From Lenisia limosa (lineage: Eukaryota > Protista > Breviatea), in assembly GCA_001655205.1 (NCBI GenBank), contig LPNZ01007350.1, positions 1-41,801 of the forward strand: a stretch of DNA of 41,801 bases, in the 5' to 3' direction. Shown here piece by piece: positions 1 through 11,100 of the stretch. Positions within the stretch are counted from its first letter, which is position 1. The number at the start of each line of letters is the position of its first letter. A program made the position numbers and the translations under genes. The notes beneath the pieces are model-generated. The model did no database searches and was not told the DNA's origin. It worked only from the letters and a program-made list of their open reading frames with translations.

Positions 1-1847
1 GGGGGGGGGGGGGAGTGAATTTTAAAATGTACTCTTTATTTGACGTAAACTATCCATTTGGAGTGTAAGACTGACGAAGCAACTACACAGTATGCCCCCC
101 CACCTTGTGTTCGCAAAGACAGGATCTTGAGCGGGTTTCTGCGAGGTGAGGAGGGGATGTGTAAGGTATCAAATCCAAGTCAGAATTGAAGCAAAGTCTG
201 CATACATGCATGTCTCATCCGACTCCCCCACCCCCACAAACCTTTGTATCAACAGGGGGTGTCAGCTCATGCTCGGGGTACATGACTTCCTTCGCCGATT
301 CACCTGAGCATTTATTAAAATGAAACTCCATGTACAAATAAACAATAGATCAATTAGGCAAAGTTTTTGAAAGGAACAAATTATTTTCTTGGAAACTCTA
401 AAATCACTTTTTGGGTCATTTTCACACATGATCATTTTGTGATCTGATACCTCATATCCACGTGTGATTAGTCATATGATCATCACTCGTGGATATGGCA
501 CAACAGGAGGTTACAGTAAATACACCAACAGGAACACTAAAACCACCAAACCGATCTGATTTTTGAGGCCAAACACCGTGTCATTTTGACGGAACTTGTC
601 AGGGACGCCTCCGCCCGGGGTGTAGCCCTTACCTACAACGGTGAGAAGCATTAGCAGCAAAACAAACACAATGGAAGAAATGTAAGGTGGATTGCCCTCG
701 AGCCTAACGTGCCATATATACCCATTCCTCCCTAGACTTACCGAGCCTCATGGTTTTGGCGATGGGATACCGGGACTCTGCCTGCTGGTCACTGACCTGG
801 AGAGGGGGGTAACAAAACAAAAACAAAAATGAACTCTACTGCTTAAGCATTTCACATGAGGTTCTCAATAAAAAAGCCTCATGAATTCCATTTTTAAGCA
901 CCGCATTCCATTTTTCAAATAAAAGATCTGCTTATTCTGGCGAAATCAAACAAAGCACCCCCCATACTGCCTCAACAAAGGAGCCGGACGCCTGACTCAG
1001 TGTGCTCACGACCTAATGGTGTGAAGCAATACACCACAAAATCATTTATTTGGAGTGACAGCGGCCATTTGGAACTGAGGCAAAACACATGAATGCAAAA
1101 CCCCAATGCTTCACTCCGCATCTCTAGCCACCCACAGATTCACCCATGGAGGTCTTCATGCCAAAGCCGCCGGCGGGAGCTGTCTTTTCCGCATCGTAGA
1201 AAGTGGCGGGCGTCTTCTCCCTCTGGCCAACATGGCCAAGCTTGGAGTACTGTTGGATCTTCTCGGGGGTGTCACTGTCTTTTACGTCGAAGCAGGACCC
1301 GACTGAGTAATTCGAAGTTCGTGTCTGTGAAATGAGATGGTTACGTATAAAATAACGTCTCAGATAATATCCCCATAGAAGGTGGTGTGGAGAGAACGGG
1401 GGGGGGGGTTGGAAAATAGGAAAGCCAATATAATAAAATAGTAAGGTAAAATAAAGGAAATAAAGAAGAGTCACAACGGTGACAAATAAGAGCAATGAAT
1501 TCAAAACTAGAATATAAAATGACAGCATATGCTGAGTAAATATCATTAACTACATAGTATATTAAGTTCACAATTAGGCACTTTCAGAGGTAGCGGGCGC
1601 CTTTCTCTGTGCACCAGATATTATTATGCTTTTTATTATATACACATATCATTAGGAAATGAATAGGATATAAGAAAAATAACGCCATAAAGCGAACAAC
1701 CGTTAACCGGAAGGGCGAGTGCGGGAGGAGACCACTTACATTGACACCAGCTGAGCGGACAGAGGGGTTGTTGTCTCTAACAGAAGCAACACCGCTGCGG
1801 GGACGGCCGAGACCTCCTTGGGTTTGGCCAAGATAAAGAGATTCCAT
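1..1847 (-). CDS. EFHB: EF-hand domain-containing family member B / CFAP21-like ciliary microtubule inner protein; 3' part runs off the left window edge
   Basis: Spliced exons (all GT-AG) give MESLYLGQTQGGLGRPRSGVASVRDNNPSVRSAGVN-RKAPATSEIGSCFDVKDSDTPEKIQQY...GESVVSTLSQASGSFVEAVSDQQAESRYPIAKTMRLGKGYTPGGGVPDKFRQNDTVFGLKNQIGESAKEVMYPEHELTPP. This follows the remembered EFHB N-terminal pattern (C..TP....Y ... ES.Y.....LGK....G.P....T.FG.....SAK.V..P). ATG at 1847. Confidence 0.72.
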
Positions 1848-2567
1848 CACGGTTGCTGGATGAACCAATATTTCCTGTTGATATCAAGATATGTGATTAT
1901 CTACTGTCCTTTTAGACTAGAAATGTTCGCATTTGCGCATTGGGCAATTTAGTTTTTATACTGTAGATCAAATGATCCCTTTTAATGGTTTTATTTTGGT
2001 GAAGCCTTCCTTTCTTCCAACTGTACTCTCTAATATTATTAATTTAATAGTTATATTAAAAAAACTGACAAAACGAAGAGGCACAGATAATTACACACAA
2101 GTCGCTGCTACCACCTTGATCACCCTTTCTCTCCGCAGCTCACACCATGGTAAGCGTATGGTGAGCAAAACAAATTTATATAAATCCAATATGTATTGGT
2201 TTTCATTTGCTGCTGCAGAAGTTTGTTGTACATCTTGTGATCTCGCATCTTGCAGCATTGTGCATGCGGACTGCATGATGTGAAAGACAGTCTTGCTATT
2301 CATTGGAGCCGTTCTGTGTTATTGAGTTTCCTGTGTATAGTGGTAAACTTCAAAGTGTTATTGGTGTTAGTATTGCTAGATGGTCTTGGAATTGTTGATA
2401 TCGGCTTCATTGACTTTGTAAATTGCGTTGGTAGTGGAGGTACTGGACCGCCGTCCTCTTTGTTTCAATATTGAGTTGTCTGCAGCTAATTCACTAATTT
2501 ACAGGGATTAAGAGTTCCTCTAATTAGTCAATTTTCCACTTTGTAATCTTATCAATGTTTCTATCTC

Positions 2568-2654
2568 GGATGCGGTGCTACAGAAGCGACTGGCTTGGGT
2601 TTTGTTTGTTTTGTTGTTATAACCCTGTGGTTTGTCAGCCACCAGAGTTGATTT
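2568..2654 (+). repeat. Interspersed ~90-bp repeat, family B, copy 1 (abuts an N gap)
   Basis: ggatgcggtgctacagaagcgactgg...ttttgtttgttttgttgtt...cagccaccagagttg aligns by eye with the reverse complements of 15925-16016 and 16066-16135. Confidence 0.75.
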
Positions 2655-3311
2655 NNNNNNNNNNNNNNNNNNNNNNNNNNNNNNNNNNNNNNNNNNNNNN
2701 NNNNNNNNNNNNNNNNNNNNNNNNNNNNNNNNNNNNNNNNNNNNNNNNNNNNNNNNNNNNNNNNNNCCATTGAGCTTGCATAGTTTAAATACCATGTATT
2801 CTGTTCACCCCCCAGGTTAATACAGTGCTGTGTTTTGTATGTTTGTAGGAAATAATGGTTGATTTTTACCTAGTTCGGTTCGTGTTCCATACCTTTGCAT
2901 TTCCTTCTTTTCACCCCCCCCCCCCNNNNNNNNNNNNNNNNNNNNNNNNNNNNNNNNNNNNNNNNNNNNNNNNNNNNNNNNNNNNNNNNNNNNNNNNNNN
3001 NNNNNNNNNNNNNNNNNNNNNNNNNNNNNNNNNNNNNNNNNNNNNNNNNNNNNNNNNNNNNNNNNNNNNNNNNNNNNNNNNNNNNNNNNNNNNNNNNNNA
3101 GTTGGTGTAGTTGTTGTGAATGGCGATAGCAGATACCTTGTAAGGGTTACTGTTAGGGATTACTGTTCCAAAAAAAGACCAAATTTCTCGATAAATCCTC
3201 GATAAATATTGATATATTACCGGTCTTTTTCGGACCGTTGGGAAGCCCCAGTTATAAGGTGTGTATTATTGTATTTGAAGCAAAAAAAAGAAGTTCCTCA
3301 ACAGAGTAAAA

Positions 3312-4875
3312 ATGAAGCAAGTTTCTCTTATTTACAAATTAAACCCTCCAGCTCCACGTACATAAGACGACGTCCGGTATCAACGACAACAACAGTGCGG
3401 ACGGCTCAGCCTTTGTGCAGATGGGCAACACGGCTGTTGTGGCCAACGTCCATGGTCCAATGGAGGTGCGTCGCTTGTGGATATCTGTATTTTTAAAAAC
3501 AAAAATAAGTGTTGCTCCTTGTCCGAAAAGATCTGCAATTCATATTTGTGTTCATGACGGTGGTTTATCCCATGTAGTCGGAGACCCGGACATTTGGTAA
3601 GTGCACTGTGGTCTGCAACTACTCTGCTGCCGCGTTTGCCGGGCTTGGCGCTCAGGCAAGTACCAGAATAGCCCATGAAATGTCTATGGTACTGGGGAGG
3701 CTGTTGTTATTTTTTTTTTGCTTTGTTTTAGTTTTCAATTGTCTTGCTTTACCATATTAACCTTCCCTAGCTCCTCAAGGACACCTTTTCAGACACGATT
3801 CTTGTGGACCTCTTCCCAAGATCACAGATCAAAATCAACGTCTCGGTTCTGCAGTCTGATGGCGGTGAGAGGGGGATATTGTTGTTATTCACAAAAAGTT
3901 TCCTTTTTTACAAGCGGAATATCTTTATTTACCCGCACCCAGGAGAACGCGCTGCTGCCATCAACGCAATTACCCTAGCCCTCATTGACGCCGGCATCCC
4001 AATGAAGGACCTCATTACGGCGGCGCAGTCCGCTTATGTGGACTTCGTCCCGGTTCTTGGTAGGTGGTGTTTATGGTAATTGAATCTTTGATTTTGGGCT
4101 GTATTGCTAAATTTTTATTCATTGTTCTTGACACCTTCTCATTGTGGATACCCCAGCGTATCACCTTCTTCCTATCACCAAATCACTTTCCAAATGATTG
4201 TCCCATGAACCTTGTGTCACCTCCAGATTCCAATCGAAGCGAACTTCAGGTCCAGCCTCCGGAGATGCTGTTGGCCGTCACCATTTCAGACAATAACGTT
4301 GTTATGATGCAGCATGACAGACGGGTAAGCTCACTTACCCTCTTTGAACATTATACGGGCTGTTTTGTTCTGACTGATGTGGATTAGATGAAGTGTTTAA
4401 TATTCTTGAAAGAAACAGACAGTGCAATCGAAGTCTGATCCAGTCTCACGTTTCAGATCAACATGACGTCACTACGACCTCTTTCTGAGCTGGCCTTGAA
4501 GGGGTGCCAATTGGCTGCCAAGGTATTGAGGGGAGGGGGGGTTCTGGCATCAGAGTTTCATTTTTTTCTTTGTTTGCCAACTGTATAGCTTGTTCTTCCT
4601 GCTTAGAACATACATTCGTTTTTGTGTTTTTGTCACGTGGTTTTTGTTCAGTTTTAGCGTTGGTTGCTCGTGTTTGGCGTTTCAAATTATTCAGTTCGTG
4701 ATGAGTAACTGTACACTAATGTTCTTAAATTTCCTTCATTTACCCCCCCCCCCCCNNNNNNNNNNNNNNNNNNNNNNNNNNNNNNNNNNNNNNNNNNNNN
4801 NNNNNNNNNNNNNNNNNGAGGCGCGGCGTGTCTTTTCAAACACAAATCGAACAGCCATCATTAGATTTGGAGTAG
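3312..4875 (+). CDS. RRP41: Exosome complex RNase PH-like subunit RRP41 (EXOSC4); first and last exons uncertain (gap at 4756-4817)
   Basis: Exons read ADGSAFVQMGNTAVVANVHGPME / ...CTVVCNYSAAAF...IAHEMSM / LLKDTFSDTILVDLFPRSQIKINVSVLQSDGG / ERAAAINAITLALIDAGIPMKDLITAAQSAYVDFVPVLD / ...LSELALKGCQ. FPRSQI and DAGIPMKD are Rrp41 hallmarks. Confidence 0.88.
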
Positions 4876-4962
4876 CCTACTCATTTATCCTCCTACTCCA
4901 TTCAACTCGTGTGAATTTGATAGCATTAAAATGATATCTCTTAAATAAGAGGTCTCGCCTTG

Positions 4963-5033
4963 TTCACGTACCCACCCCTCCTCTCTCATGTCCTATTTCA
5001 CGTACCTGCCCTCCCTCTCTCATGTCCTATTTC
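4963..5033. repeat. 34-bp tandem duplication (2 copies) between convergent 3' ends
   Basis: ttcacgtacccacccctcctctctcatgtcctat is followed by ttcacgtacctgccctccctctctcatgtcctat. Confidence 0.85.
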
Positions 5034-5127
5034 TTGAAGGTCATATTTCTACTTCTTTACCTCCATGAGTCAACACCTTTTCAAATAATAATAATCATAA
5101 ATCATAAAACCTAGATCAGACGTTGGA

Positions 5128-8100
5128 TCAGAAGAGGTTCACACGCTGAAAAGTAAGACTTTTTTTTACGGGCAGATGAAGCTTAACCACGTTGAACATA
5201 GATAGACACCCCTCCACCTTCTTCTCGTTCTGCTGCTTCCACTTGGCAAGCTTCTGGAATTCCTCTCTTGTCTTTCCGAAAACCTACACTCATTAGCCCA
5301 TACAGGGAAAAGCAAATGGGATATCAACAATCACCACCACCCTACGGTTTGGAATTCTGCATCAGATAAATAGGACTCCAAAGAAGTAACATCGCACCCG
5401 GCGGGCTTGCTGAGAAGCTGCTCGTAAGTGTAAGTAGTTTGGTTGGAGTCCTCCTTCTCTTCAACCTTTTCCTCAACCTTCTCTTCTTCCTTCTCTTCAA
5501 CCTTTTCTTCTTCCTTCTCCTCAACCTTCTCTTCTTCCTTCTCTTCAACCTTCTCTTCTTCCTTCTCCTCAACCTTCTCTTCAACCTTTTCTTCTTCCTT
5601 CTCCTCAACCTTTTCTTCTTCCTTCTCTTCAAACTTCTCTTCTTCCTTCTCCTCAACCTTTTCTTCTTCCTTCTCTTCTTCTTTCTCCTCTTCCTTCTCC
5701 TCAACCTTTTCTTCTTCCTTCTCTTCTTCTTTCTCCTCAACCTTTTCTTCTTCCTTCTCTTCAACCTTATCTTCTTCCTTCTCCTCAACCTTATCTTCAA
5801 CCTTTTCTTCCTCCTTCTTAACCTTCTCTTCTTCTGTTGTGCCTGAGGATTATGAGAAAATATTGTGTTGTCATGCAATAGAAAAAGTGCAAGCCAATTC
5901 ACAATCATAAGCCCCTCCCGCACCAGAGTTGAGAGTCCAGACTTTCACGGTTTCGACCAATTCGCTGCAGTGGTTCTGAGCAGCAGTGACCCAGGCGTCG
6001 GTAGCCTGGAAAAGTGACATCGACATTTCTGCTGACCCCTACGTACCAAAATAATTTTGGTGTAGATTATTAATATCTTGATCAAAGGTATTAATAGATA
6101 CAATTAATACCTCTCGCTCTCCCAGCCCACAGCAAGCTTCGGTAATTCAGGCATTTCCAGAGAAATCTCAACAAGGGCCTTGAAGGACTTATAACGGCCG
6201 TCGGCAAGGAAGGCAGTGATTTCACGGGTGCATTCATCGGGGCCTGTAGGGTGATGATTACAGCAGGTAAAGGAAGGGCCAACACAAACTGATGTCCTTT
6301 TCAAATGCAATAAAAGGGATGATCTTTCCAATCAACACACCACATCTTTACAGGGGAACACGCTGAGTATCATCATGAGTAGCCTACATTCTTCAAGCAG
6401 CACCTTGGCAGTGTCTCTCAGATGAAGAACACGGGTCTTTTCGTCCTTAATGACACCGTATTCGTCCTTGCTCACTGCCGCCCTGAGTACCTCGCGGAAG
6501 ACATGGGGGTGCTGGGGAGGGGATAAGGGAAGAAAGGACAACTTGAGATTCGCTTCAACAAAACACTAAGGCTAAATGGACAGGATTCATTGCGCATAGC
6601 ATACACACAAAGCATGCAGCAAATGCCCCCTACAATGGCACCAGCTCGGACAAGAAGCCTGGTGGAATCAGCGCAGCCTCTGAGAGCAGCGTAGAAGAGA
6701 GAGCTGCTACGTCCCTGAAGATGGTGAGTGCATGTTAAATGTTGTCAATAGAACCACCTTCGAGAGTTCACTCCCCCCCACCTCCAATTTGTCCATTTCC
6801 TCCGTCAAGGCCCCAGCATCAAGGAGAGCCTGTGTGGTCTCTTTTTGGTTATTGGCGGCAGCAGCCGTGAGAGGATGAACCTTCTGTAAGGGGTTAGGGC
6901 TAAGTGGACTGAAGGACCATGTTACCAATCAAGGCAGGGAAATACCCCCCACAGAGAAAGTGTCGAAATAGAGCTTGCCACCCTCGGCGATTCTCTCGTT
7001 AACTGCGGCAATTTCACCACGCATAGCGGCTCCGGCAAACTGCAAATCGTCCTAAGCCATATCAGTGACTGGGACTTAATATTCATGCATTGAAAATAAG
7101 AATGTTCTCATCAACACCGCCTCCCTCTTACGATAGAGGCGTAGACCTTCTCAATGATTTCCTTATGAATCTTGTTGAAGACAATGCGGTTCTAAGAAGT
7201 GACGGGAGAGGTACTCACTTGCCACCAAACATACAATACTGACTACTTCCAGTCCGTCAATAAATAAAATCGAAGTTAGCCCCTCTGTATGAGCTCACGT
7301 TTCTAGCGTCGTCGACACTTGCACCCGCCATGATAAGGGCCTCCATGATGATAGGGTGTCCGAGGATGGTTGCCGTGTGGAGAAGTGTCCGTTTCTGCTC
7401 AGTCATTGGATGGTGACCAATAATAAATCTCCGACAAATGAGCATGATTGCCCAGTAGAACTGCCATAACCCCCCCCCCCCACGGANNNNNNNNNNNNNN
7501 NNNNNNNNNNNNNNNNNNNNNNNNNNNNNNNNNNNNNNNNNNNNNNNNNNNNNNNNNNNNNNNNNNNNNCTCACAAGGAACGCATCGTAGTTATCAATGG
7601 CGTAGAACAGCGCAGCGCGACCCTTTAACATCAGCAAACTCGACATCGTCAAGCTCATGCGATGGAAAAAGGACAATGAAGGCATTCCAAATAAGGCAAG
7701 CGTACGTTTTTGTCTTTTGAGTTCACGTCCGCACCGGCAACAATGAGTTTCAACGCTGCCAAACGGTCTCCACTCATGACCGCGTGCAGGAGGGGGGTGT
7801 AGCCCTGGTGTCAGAAGATGCACGTTGAAATAAAAGCAACAATCTCTCAACAACCATGTCTAAGACTAGAAAAGCGACTGGAACAGCCTCCAAGCACACT
7901 CGCCCCAGCACACCTGGCTGTCTTGGATGTTGACATCTGCACCCGCATCAATGAGACGCATGACCACTTCGGCGCGGAAGTCGCCAAATTTCCTGTCTGC
8001 AGCTGCCTGACAAAGGGGTGTCTGAGCCTAGGTGTGTAATTGACGGCAAATATCTGACACCCTATGGATATGAACAACTATGGAGAGGCCCACCATCTTG

Positions 8101-11100
8101 CCTCGGCTATTGAGATCGGCTCCTCGAGCAATGAGCAAGTCAAGCGCCTCAAGTTTCTTGGACTGCACTGCGTAGTAGAGGGGAGTGCACTGGGGAGGAA
8201 TTGTCAGGAAATATTCAGTTTTGAGCCACGGGAATTTTGGCCATGAAAAAAGAGTTAACCAATGAAGAAATTTTGCAACCCACCCACGCCAGCGATCTTA
8301 TGATCAATATCGGCGCCAGCGTCAAGTAGAGCAGCAAGACGTTCAGCATCATTACGCAGGGCTGCCTTGGTCACCTAGTTCCCGTTAAATGAGAGTGGCG
8401 TGGTTTAAAAAGTAAGTTAAAGATGGGTCAAAACAAACTGCTTCTGTATGACACCAAACACAACATTGTATGTACGATGGAGAAATTGTGATATTGAGAA
8501 TAAACAATATTTTGACCATAGCAATCCTGAGGTTAGCGGCTTGAATGCCCACCCACCGGTCTGTGGATCACAGTCATCATCTCCTCATTATCCATCTTGC
8601 GAACAAAGGCGAACACTGTCTCACCCTACATTGACTTAGTGACAGTTTCATAACATGTCGGATAGTGAGATCAGAAGACGCACCCCCCCACGTCAATATT
8701 GACCTTGAGGATATCGGCACCGTTGTCGATGAGTTCGGAGAGGACTTCGGCCGCCTGGTTCCGGATACAGGCTTCAACAAGAGCCTGAAGGAACATGAAG
8801 CATGCAGGGATTCAAATATGACGTCGATAAATAGAACCCGTCGGTTTCAGTTACAGCGCTTTGGCTTACGTCCATATCATAGTCGGCAATATCAACATTG
8901 TTAAGGATATCCTTGACAATCTCAGCACGGTTGCTCTGGATGGCAAGTTCAAGGAAAGATACTCCCTGGATTATTAGAAAGAAGCTCTTGTTGTGAGCAT
9001 TACCCAATTAATTAGCCATATGACATAATTCCATCAACACTAAAGCCTCTGATATTATTACCCACGTCTTGTTTATGGGAGTAATCAAGGTCGCCTGAGC
9101 ACATGGTGTCATAGAGGTCATCATCTTCCTCTTCCTTACAATGCTCGAAGACCATCATCATTGGCACATTGCCCTAAAGTATCAAAATCTGACATTATAG
9201 CTGTACTCTCAACATCAACATCACATTATCTTCCGTATGGGTATCAGCCCCTCCACCACCAACATCATTATCAACAGTCCAGGGATTGGCTTCGTGGCGC
9301 ATCAGGATGCGGATAATCTGCTCCAAATTGGCAGTGATAGCCAAATGCAAGGCTGTGCGGCCCTAAAACTGTTACCCCATTCACATTGCTATGAACACCC
9401 ATCCTTCATCCATCACCCGTGTCCCCACATTGGCGTCAGTGGCGTGGGCATCAGCACCTTTTTCGAACAAACTATCAATGAGACACTCCATGTCCTTTTC
9501 AACTGCCATGTGCAGGGCTGGGGTCTATGGGGTGAAAGAACGACAATTTGATTATAAACATCTGTGGGTGAATCAAATAAAAAGCTCTGTTTCGTACCAC
9601 AATCTTGACTAAACCAAAAAAAAAAAAACACAAGCATGCTCCAGTGGGCCCACTTACTCCATCTTCGTTCTTGGCACTAACATCAGCATCCGCCTCGAGG
9701 GCTTCACTCACCATCGACTCACTGCCTTCAGTGAAACCCTTCCACATCTAGAGCAATAAGGTCACTGGCCTGGGCATATGACATTCAAAACATTACACAT
9801 GTACACATATCATAAGACTGCCATATTTGCTATTGACGGGGACAGTCATCACAATATCCGCTTCTAATCTAATAAATTTCTAACTTCACAAAATGCTAAC
9901 TACTCCAAACAATTTCGACACCAAAACTGATCAAGGGCACAAAATGACTTACACCAACCTGGGCTGTGGGGTCTTCCTTCTCAGGAACCGCCTCTTCTTT
10001 GTCGTCTTCTGCTCCCTTAAGAAGGTTAGTAGGATGGATTGAAACTTTCCCAAGAAACGAAGCCATCTCAGCAAAAATCCTCACAAGAAGTTCGAAAAGC
10101 TCAGAGTGTCCGAGTTCCTTAGCAATTTCAGCAGCTCTGCGGCCCTGAAAAGTCATTTGCGATGCTGGATAATGGATCTCCAATACTTTTTACTTTTTTA
10201 TGATATTTTTTTTTTGATGGAGTATTAATAATACTGAAAACTGATGCATCACCTGGTCATCCTTGCAGTCTAAGCTTGCCCCCTTGTCGAGAATGGTCTC
10301 AGTAATGTCCTTGGTTCCCTTTGTGACCGCAATGTGAAGAGCTGTGAGGCCCTGTAATGTTAGCTATTCAATGCCGTTACGGTGCTGATGATAGTCATAA
10401 GCCTAGAGAGAGAACTATAAGTGGGTTCCAAAAACAGCTGCATATTTATGAGTTGATCCAAAAAGAATGAGTTGCCAAAAAACTTCAATAGAGCGATTTC
10501 AAAACAAAAACCCTCCTCGACCAAAACTCTCCCACAATATTCAACTACATTGATAGATAATTAGACATTCAGCTCACTTTGTCGTTTGTGGCGTCCACGT
10601 CGCCTCCTGCGCGTAAGAGATGCGCGACAATGCCCTCCTCAGTCCCGGCGGCGGCAAGATGCAGTGCCAACTGCAACGATGTAAATGTAAAGGTGAGAAT
10701 GTATGAATATACCAATTATGAAGTTGAAGAAAAAGTGCACAATTGAAAAGCCATTATTCCATTCAACTCCATAATAATTTAGTTCTCGCAAACCCCGTGT
10801 TGAGAAATGGCAATAACCCAGCCCTCAAACCTCTCCGTCGCTGTTGGTGATGCTGGCATCAGCCCCGTTGGCCATCATCATGGGGATGAGGGAGGCGGCT
10901 CCGGCACGGGTGGCCAAATGGAGTGCGGTGTCTCCCTGGAGGTCAGAGGCATATTAGATTGTTAGCCAGAGTTGACTCCCTTCTAATGAATATTGTACCA
11001 AACCTGAGAGTTGACAGCATTGACATCGGAATGCTCGAAGAGCTGAGAGGCCACGGCAACATTAGCGTTTTGAGCAGCAAGGTGGAGAGGCGAGTTACCC

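Noticed and set aside
2270-2340. Possible box C/D snoRNA (ATGATG at about 2276)
   Set aside because: No matching CTGA D box with a terminal stem at a suitable distance.
5455-5835. Regular array that could suggest a CRISPR or satellite
   Set aside because: There are no unique spacers and the units are codon-length multiples within a coding exon.
5342-5923. Long ORFs rich in R/K, F/L/N or S/F/T
   Set aside because: These are shadow frames and antisense readings of the E/K-rich exon. Only the E/K frame splices in phase to the flanking ankyrin and headpiece exons.
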